From positions 114,081 to 178,080 of the forward strand of contig JACPGX010000005.1 of assembly GCA_016188865.1 (NCBI GenBank): 64,000 nt of DNA, written 5' to 3'. Made by a program: the position numbers and the translations under genes. The notes beneath the pieces were generated by a model. That model was given only the letters and a program-made list of their open reading frames with translations. It did no database searches and was not told where the DNA came from. Positions 17,057 to 26,520 of the stretch are shown here, in pieces (within the stretch, counting starts at the first letter, position 1; the number at the start of each line of letters is the position of its first letter). The stretch comes from Candidatus Nealsonbacteria bacterium. GTDB lineage: Bacteria > Patescibacteriota > Minisyncoccia > Minisyncoccales > MHMH01.

Positions 17057-18154
17057 ATGACAAATCTAGTGCTCTATCGCAAATATCGGCCTAAGACTTT
17101 TAGTGAGGTTGTCGGGCAAGAGCATGTGGTACAGACTTTGACTAACGCCATAACTATGGGAATTATTTCCCATGCCTATTTATTTACAGGGCCCAGGGGC
17201 TCCGGTAAAACTACCATTGCCAGACTCTTGGCAAAATCTCTTAATTGCGAAAACAGAAAAGATGGTTTTGAGCCCTGTAATGAGTGTTCTTCCTGCAACG
17301 AAGTTAATGAAGCTAGGGCCATTGATTTAATTGAGGTAGATGCGGCTTCCAATAGGGGCATTGATGAAATCAGAGAATTGAGAGACGGCATCAGATTCGC
17401 GCCCACTAAGTCAAAATATAAAGTTTTTATTATTGACGAAGCCCATCAACTTTCCAAAGACGCGGCAAATGCCTTATTAAAAACCCTTGAAGAGCCGCCT
17501 TCCCACGCCATATTTATTTTGGCTACCACGGAAATTCATAAAATGATTCCCACTATAATTTCCCGCTGCCAAAGATTTGATTTCAGGAAGCTTAGTTTTC
17601 CCGAAATTATCAGCCGCCTTGAGTGGATCATTAATAAGGAAAAAGTTCAGATTGATAGAACAGCTTTAGAGCTTATCGCCTTAAATTCCAGCGGTTCCGT
17701 CAGAGATGCCGAAGCTTTATTGGACCAGGTTTTGGCTTTTGGCGGAAAGACCGCTCAAGATATCAAGGAATTATTGGGAATGGTTGATAATACTGTAGTC
17801 GGTCAGTTCGTCGATTATCTCTGCCAAGGGCAAGTAGGGCCGGCAATCGAGTTTTTGAATAAAACCATGGAAAAGGGCAAAGATCCTCAAGAATTTTCTA
17901 AAACTTTAGTTAATTATTTGAGGCAGGGGATGATTTTGAAAATGGGGCCGGAGTTGGCCAATCCGATTCTTACCGGCTTAACCGGAGAAGAGAAATCAAA
18001 ACTATGTTCTCAAGTCGCTAATTTCCAAGACAACGAATTACGCCGCATTTTAAAGCTTTTCCTCGAAGCCGAAAACAAAATAAAATATTCTCCCATACCT
18101 CAGCTGCCCATAGAGCTGGCAATCATTGAATCATTGCAAAATGAAGAAAAATAG
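17057..18154 (+). CDS. dnaX: DNA polymerase III subunit gamma/tau
   Basis: LYRKYRP, GPRGSGKTT, IIDEAH, SRCQRF. Confidence 0.97.
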   Translation: MTNLVLYRKYRPKTFSEVVGQEHVVQTLTNAITMGIISHAYLFTGPRGSGKTTIARLLAKSLNCENRKDGFEPCNECSSCNEVNEARAIDLIEVDAASNRGIDEIRELRDGIRFAPTKSKYKVFIIDEAHQLSKDAANALLKTLEEPPSHAIFILATTEIHKMIPTIISRCQRFDFRKLSFPEIISRLEWIINKEKVQIDRTALELIALNSSGSVRDAEALLDQVLAFGGKTAQDIKELLGMVDNTVVGQFVDYLCQGQVGPAIEFLNKTMEKGKDPQEFSKTLVNYLRQGMILKMGPELANPILTGLTGEEKSKLCSQVANFQDNELRRILKLFLEAENKIKYSPIPQLPIELAIIESLQNEEK

Positions 18155-18176
18155 GTATAATTTAAGCGATTATTAT

Positions 18177-18247
18177 TCCGGGGTCGTCTAATGGTAGGAC
18201 AAGGCCCTTTGAAGGCCTATATTGGGGTCCGAATCCCTACCCCGGAA
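18177..18247 (+). tRNA. tRNA-Gln(TTG)
   Basis: Acceptor TCCGGGG/CCCCGGA, anticodon arm AGGCC-CTTTGAA-GGCCT, T-loop TCCGAAT. Confidence 0.92.
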
Positions 18248-18258
18248 CATAACATCTT

Positions 18259-19749
18259 GTGAAAATCCTGCTTTTATATCCTAGGTTTCCCAGGACTTTC
18301 TGGGGATTTAAATACGCTTTACCCTTTATCGGAAAAAAGGCGACTTTTCCGCCCCTAGGATTATTAACGGTAGCGACTTTGCTGCCTCAAGATTGGGAAA
18401 AAAGAATAATTGATCTAAATATTGGAGATTTTAGTGGAAAAGATCTTCAATGGGCAGATTTGATTTTTATTTCAGCCATGGCCCTGCAGAAAGAATCGGT
18501 CTGGGAGATTATATATCATGCTAAAAAATTAGGAAAAAAAATTGTTGCCGGCGGGCCGCTTTTTACCACCGGTTACGAAGAATTTTTTAATAATATCGAT
18601 CATTTTGTTTTGGGCGAAGCGGAAGATGTCATGCCTCTTTTGGTCCAGGATTTAGAAAGGGGCAGTTTGCAGAAAATTTATCAATCCAACCAGCGGCCAG
18701 AGGCTGATAAAATTCCTCTGCCTTCGTGGGAATTAATTGATATGAACAAATACGCCTCGATGAGCATCCAGTTTTCCAGAGGCTGTCCTTTTAATTGCGA
18801 ATTTTGCGACATAGTTTATTTAAATGGCAGAGTTCCAAGAGTAAAAAATAAAGAACAGGTTTTGGCCGAGCTCGATGCTTTATACTTCAACGGTTGGCGT
18901 GGTAATGTATTTTTCGTAGACGATAATTTTATTGGGAATAAAATAAAGTTAAAAAGAGAAATTTTGCCAGCTATTATTGGATGGATGGGAGCCAAAAGGC
19001 ATCCTTTCTCTTTTCATACGCAAGTTTCTATTAATCTTGCCGACGACCTAGAACTGATAAAATTGATGACCATGGCCGGTTTCGATACTGTTTTTATCGG
19101 CATAGAGAGCCCCAAAGAAGAGAGCCTTAAGGGCTGCGGAAAAGTGCAGAATATTAACCGTGATTTATTGAACTCGATAAGAATTTTTCAAAATAATGGC
19201 TTGCAAGTTCAGGCAGGATTTATCATTGGCTTCGACCAGGATACGCCTTCGATTTTCGACCGCATGACGCTTTTTATCCAAAAAAGCGGCATAGCCATCG
19301 CTATGGTCGGGCTCTTGCAGGCGCCGCCAAAAACTAGATTGTGGGACAGAATGAAGAAAGAGGGAAGATTGGTTTCGCAAGCTAGTGGCGACAATACCAA
19401 TTGCACTATTAATTTTGTCCCTAAAATGAATCGTGAGATTTTGCTTGCTGGCTATAAAAAACTCACCGCTCATATTTATTCGTCTAAATATTACTATCAA
19501 AGATTGAAAACTTTTTTGAAAGAATATAAGCCCGAAAGGAAGAAGATATCCCGTCGGATTAGCTTTAGCCGGCTTCTGGCTTTTCCTAAATCGCTTTGGT
19601 TTTTAGGGTTCATGCATAAGGAGAGAATTTATTACTGGGAGCTTCTTTTTTGGTGTTTTTTTAGAAAGCCTAAATTTTTTCCGATGGTTATTGATATGGC
19701 GATTAAGGGATTCCATTTCCGTAAAATTTCAGAAAACCACCTATGTTAA
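18259..19749 (+). CDS. B12-binding radical SAM protein (DUF4070-type C-terminus)
   Basis: PPLGLLTVA, SRGCPFNCEFC (CxxxCxxC), FVDDNFIG, FIGIES. Confidence 0.9.
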   Translation: MKILLLYPRFPRTFWGFKYALPFIGKKATFPPLGLLTVATLLPQDWEKRIIDLNIGDFSGKDLQWADLIFISAMALQKESVWEIIYHAKKLGKKIVAGGPLFTTGYEEFFNNIDHFVLGEAEDVMPLLVQDLERGSLQKIYQSNQRPEADKIPLPSWELIDMNKYASMSIQFSRGCPFNCEFCDIVYLNGRVPRVKNKEQVLAELDALYFNGWRGNVFFVDDNFIGNKIKLKREILPAIIGWMGAKRHPFSFHTQVSINLADDLELIKLMTMAGFDTVFIGIESPKEESLKGCGKVQNINRDLLNSIRIFQNNGLQVQAGFIIGFDQDTPSIFDRMTLFIQKSGIAIAMVGLLQAPPKTRLWDRMKKEGRLVSQASGDNTNCTINFVPKMNREILLAGYKKLTAHIYSSKYYYQRLKTFLKEYKPERKKISRRISFSRLLAFPKSLWFLGFMHKERIYYWELLFWCFFRKPKFFPMVIDMAIKGFHFRKISENHLC

Positions 19750-19925
19750 CTATCCGGTTCGGATTTCTGTCCCGCAACCGTCTAGTGCATCGTTCTCGGT
19801 GATCGAGGTGCGTCGAAAATCATCAAGTGGGGAATTTTTGCACACCAAAATTTGACAAAAAAGTTTAGAATGCTATATTGCTTGTAGCAAATTTAAATGT
19901 ATATTTGTTGCAAGGAGGTAGTTAA

Positions 19926-20057
19926 ATGACAATATATCATGATAATGAAAAAAGATTATTTAAAATTCGCGAGCGCCTGGAGGAATATCGAAAACATAAG
20001 AATGACCCTTATGTCTATTATTTAGACGTTGAACGTCTAACATTGAGACCAAAATAA
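19926..20057 (+). CDS. Small ORF (43 aa), possibly 3'-truncated
   Basis: AGGAGGT SD, MTIYHDNEKRLFKIRERLEEY..; stop abuts the palindrome at 20056. Confidence 0.45.
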   Translation: MTIYHDNEKRLFKIRERLEEYRKHKNDPYVYYLDVERLTLRPK

Positions 20058-20206
20058 TGGTGCCTGTCCCCATTTTCATTTTTGCTATGGGTGTAGGGCG
20101 ACTGAAACGCATTGCGTAAGCTCCCCCCTTTACAAAAATTTGGTTTAGGCGTATAATGCAATATTCCAGTTAGATGGAAAGAGATTTGGTGTAAGGAGGG
20201 TATAGA

Positions 20207-20578
20207 ATGGAGAAAAAAAGAAAAAGGGAAACTTTCTTCTGTCCTCAATCTATAAATGAGGTTGAAAAGCAGAAAAAGAGGACGGGAATTCCTAGCACTT
20301 GTTCTTTGGATGAAATGGTCAAAATATTGAAGGATAATAGCAAGGAGCCAGTTTTCGTTACTATAGCTCAATTACGAGGATATCCGGCATATGGTATATA
20401 CGATGAAGCTGGACAAAAAAATCCACCGTATGGTTTCCATTTTGATGCTCAGATAATGGTGCCAGGAGGTGGTGTTACTACACACACTAGTCTTCTAGTG
20501 AGTGGTGAATTTCTTGAAGAAACGGGAGCAAAAGATCGCGACGAAGTGATAATTATCATAGCCAAAAGAGAAAAGTAA
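20207..20578 (+). CDS. Hypothetical protein
   Basis: 123-aa ORF, AGGAGG SD, terminator-like hairpin at ~20587-20621. Confidence 0.65.
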   Translation: MEKKRKRETFFCPQSINEVEKQKKRTGIPSTCSLDEMVKILKDNSKEPVFVTIAQLRGYPAYGIYDEAGQKNPPYGFHFDAQIMVPGGGVTTHTSLLVSGEFLEETGAKDRDEVIIIIAKREK

Positions 20579-20980
20579 GAATAGTGAAGGCCTAGAGGGT
20601 AACAAACTCTCTGGCCTTTTTATTTTTTACCCCGACCGAGACGCACCGGTGGAAGAGCTCAAAATAGCCTAATTTTTCCTCTGATAACTTGGTTCTAGAC
20701 CGGGGCACACAGCAAACTGAAATTTCCCCGAACAGGGGAAATTGAAGTTTGCTTGTGGGGTTTTCGGTGAGAATCAAGTCCCTGAATTCCGAGCCCACAG
20801 GCGAGGGAATGCCTTCGGGCAACTCTTCGAATTCAAGTCCCGCAGCCATCATATGCTAAGTCAGGTGACTGAGATGCATGTCTAAAATCGTAACGAAAAA
20901 TCACCGTAATGGTAAATGGGGACAGGCACCATTTCTAATCTATTTGTAATGGTGCCCGCCCCCATTTTCATCATTTTCAC

Positions 20981-21196
20981 GAGGTTAAAAAAGAACGCGG
21001 AAAGGAATATTACAAATACACCAAAATAATGATGTTGCAAAAATTCAGCTTCGAAGGGTTTTTAAAGGCGCTGGAGGAGGGGAAAGTCCTCGTGGATTTT
21101 GATGCGCGCACCGGTCATAACCACGGAACAAAATTTAGAATGCGACAGGATTGCTTACCGATGCTTTATAAAAAGGCCACGAAGGTTCTTCCTTAA
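20981..21196 (+). pseudogene. C-terminal fragment of MvaI/BcnI-family restriction endonuclease
   Basis: Own translation: EVKKERGKEYYKY..VLVDFDARTGHNHGTKFRMRQDCLPMLY; no N-terminus. Confidence 0.7.
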
Positions 21197-21248
21197 AATA
21201 TAACCGGCCATATAATCAATAGCTAAATAAATTAAATACAGTGCCAAT

Positions 21249-21437
21249 TTAGGCGTTTTTGCTTGATTTTGGTGTTCGATTTCGTAAATCGAACATTTTC
21301 TTTATCTCCTTAATTTGAGAATCAATGGAGAGCGCTTCATCCCTTTCAGTTGACTTCCTGGCGTAGAGGCAATAACGGAGAGGGGCGAGAATTGGCTGCT
21401 GCTCTCGAGCCGTTTCGATTGTTGTTTGTTGTTCCAT
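21249..21437 (-). pseudogene. N-terminal fragment of serine recombinase
   Basis: YCLYARKSTE..LSIDSQIKE; similarity ends at palindrome 21273-21295. Confidence 0.8.
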
Positions 21438-21530
21438 AAAAGTCCCTTAAAATACTTGTTTTTTACCTTCGACCTTTCAAGACAAGGGATGACGCAACCC
21501 TCCTAGGGAGTCCAGTCCTGTTATCCCTAG

Positions 21531-21930
21531 TCAAGTCTTGCTGGGGATAAACGGCGTTCCGCGCCGAAGGACCGCATAAATGCGCGAAAGGAGTTTTCGT
21601 GTCGTGGCAACGGTCGCCACGGTATAGCATTTCCCTTCACTTCGTTTCTTTTCGTAATATGCTTTGAGTTCCGGATCAAACATACGCGCGACATTCGCCG
21701 CGATAAAGAGCGCTCTCCGGAGATAGGGCGATCCCCGTTTCGTAAGTTTGCCGTAGCTATTCAATGCGTGGCCGCTTCGGCGAATTATGGTTTGGAGAAG
21801 CGCGACTTCCGGCTCACGCTGTGATCGAGCGAAGAGTTCTCGTTCATGAGTGCGGATGGCATCTGCCAATGCTTCGCCACTCTGCTCTAATCGATTGCGG
21901 AGAGCCTCGAGTGACGGCGTGGAGCTTTGA
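21531..21930 (-). pseudogene. IS110-family transposase C-terminal fragment with internal deletion
   Basis: SG..GKLTKRGSPYLRRAL..YYEKKRSEGK..VATTRKL; the usual PGIG segment is missing after LLQTI. Confidence 0.8.
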
Positions 21931-21947
21931 AAATCAATGCTTTGCTG

Positions 21948-22305
21948 TGATCTGTACCCCGAAAAGTGGACACATTTGATCTGTACCCAGAAAAGTGGAC
22001 ACATTGTGTCCCTTTTTTGTAGTTTTGGTAAGATGTAAAGGTAAAATTAAGCATAAAAAATATGAACAGAAAAATATTTACAGAGGAGCAGATAAAAGAG
22101 CTATCCAGGAACAAAAACGTGCGCCGCTGCGGCGCCAAGTCCGTGAGATACAAAAGGAGCTTCAAGGAATCAGCCCTCAGGCGGTACCATGAGGAAGGAT
22201 TGAGCGCGGTTGAAATATTCAAGGCAGCCGGCTTTAATCTGAACATCATCGGCATCAGGAAGCCTAACAAGCTGATGCACCAGTGGAGCAGGGCTCCCTG
22301 CAATA
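21948..22305 (+). mobile_element. IS3-family left end (tandemly duplicated IR) and truncated orfA (22062-~22300)
   Basis: TGATCTGTACCC(C/A)GAAAAGTGGACACATT twice (21948-21976, 21977-22005); MNRKIFTEEQIKELSRNKNV..EIFKAAGF HTH. Confidence 0.75.
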
Positions 22306-22371
22306 AATGGGGACAGGCACCATTTCCAATCTATAGTCCTTATGTTATTGTCTAAGCGGGACACAATGGGT

Positions 22372-22398
22372 TTTGTTTGATTTCGTAAATCAAACAAA
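22372..22398. repeat. GATTT-CGT-AAATC palindrome
   Basis: TTTGTTTGATTT-CGT-AAATCAAACAAA; sister TGTTCGATTT-CGT-AAATCGAACA at 21273-21295. Confidence 0.75.
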
Positions 22399-22610
22399 TC
22401 AAACAATTTTTGACGGGAAGTTCTGAGAGAGCTTCCCTTTGTGTTAGTCTGTGAAATAAACTCAACCGAGATGCTTAGTTTTTGGAATCCCAAACCAGCC
22501 AAATTTGTTCCTGAATTTCTGGTTCTAGACCGAGGATGCCAGCAGTCTAGTGCTGAGTATCGAGGACCGAGAGGGATCATTATAGTTAATGAGATAAAAG
22601 AAAAGCAGGA

Positions 22611-22982
22611 TTAGTTATCCTGCTTTTGCAATAGTTTTTTTAGATGAGGTATTACTATTTTTTTAGCTATGAAATCTACGGGGCAAGTTATTCCATGAGC
22701 CCAACGCGTAATTGTCGGACGCGATACATCGAATTCTCTAGCGAGTTGTTGTTCACTTCCCGGGTTCTTAGACAGAAAAGCGTTTAGTAAGTCATACATT
22801 TCTGGCTGTCCGTAATTTTTGAGTGTGACGCAAGGATAGAATCCGCCATCTGCGCCTTTTTGACGTTCGATTCCAGCGATTACTACGGCTACTAGTTTGT
22901 CGTCTTCATAGACCAATACGCGAGCGGGGCGTTCTGAAGTTGCGACTTCAGATTCCGTTTCAACTCTTATCATTTCGCTCAT
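22611..22982 (-). CDS. Hypothetical protein with C-terminal XRE-like HTH
   Basis: SEQQLAREFDVSRPTITRWAHG; GGAGG SD. Confidence 0.7.
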   Translation of the reverse strand: MSEMIRVETESEVATSERPARVLVYEDDKLVAVVIAGIERQKGADGGFYPCVTLKNYGQPEMYDLLNAFLSKNPGSEQQLAREFDVSRPTITRWAHGITCPVDFIAKKIVIPHLKKLLQKQDN

Positions 22983-23085
22983 AACTTTTCCTCCACACAT
23001 CAGTTTTTAAGGTTCCTTTCCAAACAGTAGCATATTCTTTAGTTATCCACAAGACAGTATTGACAGGGTTTGGTATAATAAAGGC

Positions 23086-23313
23086 ATGAGAAATATTATT
23101 ATTTTTATTATCGTTTTAGTGTTAGCTGCAGCCGGAGCTTATTATTTCGGCTATCAGCAGGGTTTTTCCAAAGGGAAAGAAATGGGGAAGGCCGCGGCTG
23201 AAGTTGGCGCTGGCGCTGCGGTGGAAAATCCGCTAGAGGAAATGCCGTCAACCAATCCTTTCGAGGAGGCGGTAAATCCATTTAAGGATTTATATAAGAA
23301 TCCATTTAAATAA
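23086..23313 (+). CDS. Small single-TM hypothetical protein
   Basis: N-terminal TM, C-terminal NPF repeats; TGGTATAAT ends 6 nt before ATG. Confidence 0.75.
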   Translation: MRNIIIFIIVLVLAAAGAYYFGYQQGFSKGKEMGKAAAEVGAGAAVENPLEEMPSTNPFEEAVNPFKDLYKNPFK

Positions 23314-23323
23314 TATTATTTAA

Positions 23324-25030
23324 ATGGATTTTAAATTTATGAAGAAATATTATTTTTTATTAATTTTTATTTTTGTATTATTTTCCGGAGTTTTAGTTTT
23401 TGCTACCTCCAAAGAAGATATTACTTATCCTGTAGCTTCGTTGGGAAATTGCAAAAACGAAGCGGATTGTCTAGCTTACTGCGACAAGCCGGAAAATATG
23501 GAGCCCTGTCTTAATTTTGCCGAAAAGCATAATTTAATTACCGATAAAGAGATTGCTATAGCCAGAAAAATGCTGGCTGCAGGAAAAACTTCGGGACCCG
23601 GAGGCTGTAAAGGACAAGTTGAGTGCGGAAATTATTGTGATGACATGAGTCATATAAAAGAATGCGTTGCTTTTGCGGAAGAAAATGATTTGATGATGCC
23701 GGAAGAATTAGCAGAGGCAAAAAAAGTTGCCGCGGCCCTAGAAAGGGGGGTTCAACCTCCGCCGTGCAGCAGTAAAACAGAGTGCGATAGCGTTTGCACT
23801 CTTCCCGAAAACATGAGAACCTGCATTATTTTTGCTAAAGAAGCCGGTTTAATGCCTCCGGAAGAACTGGAAGAAGTTGAAAAAGTTTTAGCAGCGCTTG
23901 ATAAAGGAATAACGCCTCCGCCTTGCGGAGGTAGGGATAAATGCGATGAGTATTGTTCTTTGCCAGAAAATTTTGAAACCTGCATTACTTTTGCCGAAGC
24001 AGCTGGCTTTATGTCGGCAGAAGAAGCAGCTATGGTCAGGCGTACTGGGGGCAAGGGTCCGGGTGATTGTCGCGGCAAAGAAGCATGCGAAGCGTTTTGT
24101 GAAGACCCGGCTAATATGGAGCCATGTATAAATTTTGCTATTGAAAATGGTTTTATGTCCCCCGAAGAGGCGGAGCAAGCTAGAAAAATGCTAGCTGCCG
24201 GGTTTACTTCGGGCCCGGGTGGATGCAAGGGGCAGGGAGAATGCGAAGCTTATTGCGATGATATGACTCATATGACAGAATGCGTTGATTTTGCTGAAAA
24301 AGCCGGCTTTATGACTGCAGAAGATGCTGCTCGAGCCAGAAAAATGGCAGAAATGGGCATGACTGGCGGTCCGGGAGGTTGCAAGGGCGAAGAAGAATGC
24401 CGGTCATTCTGCGAAGACCCTGCCAATATGAATACTTGCATTGATTTTGCAGTTCAAATTGGCGATATGAGCCCCGAAGAAGCTGATCAAGCCCGCCAAA
24501 GAATGGGGCAGATGCAAGAGATGGAGGGCCGGATGAAAGAATGTTTAGTAATGCCCTGTCCGGATGCTCTTGCTTGTTTCCAAAGTATTCAAGGTGAACA
24601 AGGCGGCTCACCAGAAGAAGGTGAAGCAGGCGAGGGCGGCGGCGCTATGGGTTCCAGCGCAGAAATTCAGACTAAGATAGAATCCTGCATACAGGAAATG
24701 CAGCAGCAAGGTGGCGGGGAAGGAGCAGGTTTTGGTCCGGGTTCGGAAATGATGCCGCCTGAAGGGTTTGAAGGAGAAATGCCGCCGTTTAATCAAGGAG
24801 AATTTCATGAAGGCCAAATACCAGAAGGTTTTGTACCATCGGAAGGTATGAGCCAACCTCCTTCCCAAGAAGAAATGGAGAGAATAATTCAAGAAGAAAC
24901 TCAAAGAAGAATTCAGGAGGAAACTCAAAGAATGATGGAGCAATTTGTTCCGCCTCCATCTACCGAACCTCCGCCGCAGTCTTTTTTAAACCAAGTCAAA
25001 AATTTCTTAGCAGGCTTAATGGTAAGATAA
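23324..25030 (+). CDS. Secreted/anchored Cys-rich repeat protein
   Basis: Signal/TM then seven C-x5-C-x3-C-x8-C-x2-FA repeats and a low-complexity tail. Confidence 0.85.
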   Translation: MDFKFMKKYYFLLIFIFVLFSGVLVFATSKEDITYPVASLGNCKNEADCLAYCDKPENMEPCLNFAEKHNLITDKEIAIARKMLAAGKTSGPGGCKGQVECGNYCDDMSHIKECVAFAEENDLMMPEELAEAKKVAAALERGVQPPPCSSKTECDSVCTLPENMRTCIIFAKEAGLMPPEELEEVEKVLAALDKGITPPPCGGRDKCDEYCSLPENFETCITFAEAAGFMSAEEAAMVRRTGGKGPGDCRGKEACEAFCEDPANMEPCINFAIENGFMSPEEAEQARKMLAAGFTSGPGGCKGQGECEAYCDDMTHMTECVDFAEKAGFMTAEDAARARKMAEMGMTGGPGGCKGEEECRSFCEDPANMNTCIDFAVQIGDMSPEEADQARQRMGQMQEMEGRMKECLVMPCPDALACFQSIQGEQGGSPEEGEAGEGGGAMGSSAEIQTKIESCIQEMQQQGGGEGAGFGPGSEMMPPEGFEGEMPPFNQGEFHEGQIPEGFVPSEGMSQPPSQEEMERIIQEETQRRIQEETQRMMEQFVPPPSTEPPPQSFLNQVKNFLAGLMVR

Positions 25031-25037
25031 AAAATAA

Positions 25038-25074
25038 ATAAAAACATACGAGAACGGTTCTCGTATGTTTTTAT
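25038..25074. terminator. Bidirectional terminator built from the ACGAGAA-CGG-TTCTCGT palindrome
   Basis: 17-bp perfect stem with A/T tails between convergent genes. Confidence 0.8.
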
Positions 25075-25445
25075 GTCCCAGCAAGTCTATAAGCCGAATT
25101 CTGTTCCGCCTCGTCGGCGGATGGTAATTATCTATCTAGGTCCGACATCGCTGTCGAGACTCTGTGCGAGTTACTTTTAACGAAAGTTCCAAGATGAATC
25201 CCAGAACTTCCGGTTTACTCTTGCTCTTGGGTAAGAATTTAGCCGTTTCACCCTTCGACAAGCTCAGGGCAAGCCCCAAACTAGTGAAGACTCGTCTCTG
25301 TTCGCATCTCTGCCTCGCCCAAAATTTTGGGCGGGCGGCAGGTGTTACCTGCTACCTTTTTAACCCCCGTTAAACGGGGAGTAAGAGTTCGGACTTTCCT
25401 CCAGGCACAGTCTTGTGCCTGGCAATCACCCGACTTACTGGGACA
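25074..25445 (-). ncRNA. rnpB: RNase P RNA
   Basis: Minus strand GAGGAAAGTCCGAAC..AACAGAATTCGGCTTA; P1 GTCCCAGTAAGTC/GACTTGCTGGGAC. Confidence 0.93.
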
Positions 25446-25530
25446 AAGATATTGTAGCAGATTTTAAGTAGTCTGTCAAATTTTTTTGTATTAGAATACG
25501 GATATTAGGAAGTCGGACTTCGCGAAATCG

Positions 25531-25557
25531 AAAAACCCGTTCGTTGGAACGGGTTTT
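25531..25557 (-). terminator. Terminator downstream of pyrB
   Basis: AAAACCCGTTC..GAACGGGTTTT. Confidence 0.65.
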
Positions 25558-25561
25558 GCTT

Positions 25562-26503
25562 TTATTTCAAAATCATTTTTAAGAGGGCCATTCTGACGTA
25601 AAGGCCGTTTTCCGCTTGGCGGAAGTAAACAGCTCGAGGGTCTTTATCGACTTCTGGAGCAATTTCTTCCAAATGCGGCAGGGGGTGCATAACGATGGCG
25701 TCTTTTTTCATCAGGTTGAGAATCTCCTGATTGACCTCCCAGGAATATTCAAGATCGGGACTGGGCTTATAATGCAAAAGAATATCTCCGCCTCTTTCCC
25801 TTTGGATCCTGGTACTATAGATAATATCAACTTTTGAAGCAACTTCCTTTAAATTATAAAGTTCTTCAAAATCGACGTTATGTTTCTTCAAATAATCTTT
25901 GATATTCTGCGGTATTCTGCCCATTTCCGGAGAAACAAAAGATATTTTCACATTAGGAAATTTAGCGTAGAGATACGCTAACGAGTGGACCGTTCTGCCT
26001 CTAGCAAGGTCGCCGGCCACAGCCATCCAAGTGCCGGAAATTCTCCCCATTTTTTCTTGAATAGTGTAAAGATCAGGCAATGTTTGAGTCGGGTGTTGGC
26101 CGGTACCGTCTCCTGCGTTGATAACCGGCACCGGGCTAAGCTCAGCGGCTTTTTCTGCCATTCCCTCCTCACTAGTCCGAAGAACTACAACATCGGGATG
26201 GTATCCGCAAATCACCCTTATAGTATCTTCAATTTTTTCGCCTTTAGCTGCAGATGAGAATTCTTTGGCATTTTCTGTAGAGACTACTCCGCCTCCCAAT
26301 TTTTGCATTGCCATTTCAAAAGATAATCTTGTCCTTGTGCTTGGTTCATAAAAAAGAGTGACCATTATTTTACCAGTCAGCATTGTCTTCTTTTTCTTTG
26401 CTTTGACTATTTTTTCCATTTCTTTTGCTAATGGGAAAAGTTCGCCTTCTAACAATTCTTTGCTGAACTGCTGCGATTTAAGAATGTGATGCAGTTTTGT
26501 CAT
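25562..26503 (-). CDS. pyrB: Aspartate carbamoyltransferase
   Basis: FYEPSTRTRLSFE, INAGDG..HPTQ, TRIQRER, MHPLP. Confidence 0.96.
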   Translation of the reverse strand: MTKLHHILKSQQFSKELLEGELFPLAKEMEKIVKAKKKKTMLTGKIMVTLFYEPSTRTRLSFEMAMQKLGGGVVSTENAKEFSSAAKGEKIEDTIRVICGYHPDVVVLRTSEEGMAEKAAELSPVPVINAGDGTGQHPTQTLPDLYTIQEKMGRISGTWMAVAGDLARGRTVHSLAYLYAKFPNVKISFVSPEMGRIPQNIKDYLKKHNVDFEELYNLKEVASKVDIIYSTRIQRERGGDILLHYKPSPDLEYSWEVNQEILNLMKKDAIVMHPLPHLEEIAPEVDKDPRAVYFRQAENGLYVRMALLKMILK

Positions 26504-26520
26504 TTTCTACCTCCTCTCGA

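Larger units (their letters stand above)
20056..22325. repeat. Four copies of AAATGGGGACAGGCACCATTT-type imperfect palindrome
   Basis: 20056-20075 (reverse), 20914-20934, 20948-20968 (reverse, degenerate), 22305-22325. Confidence 0.85.

Noticed and set aside
19754-19835. Cobalamin riboswitch (CTGTCCCGCAACCGT resembles its core)
   Set aside because: Upstream GGGAA element is missing and it lies downstream of the B12-binding gene; it matches a decayed tRNA-fMet 3' end about as well (15/25), so neither call is supported.
20592-20852. 86-aa minus-strand ORF (and 22170-22580) as real genes
   Set aside because: No SD or recognisable family; they span scar sequence and repeats in the decayed island.
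23746-23760. GGGGGT-TCA-ACCTCC as a repeat insertion in the Cys-rich protein
   Set aside because: Short and imperfect, and explained by the G-x-x-P-P-P peptide that recurs in the next protein repeat.
25164-25373. 69-aa ORF
   Set aside because: Antisense to RNase P RNA; shadow ORF.
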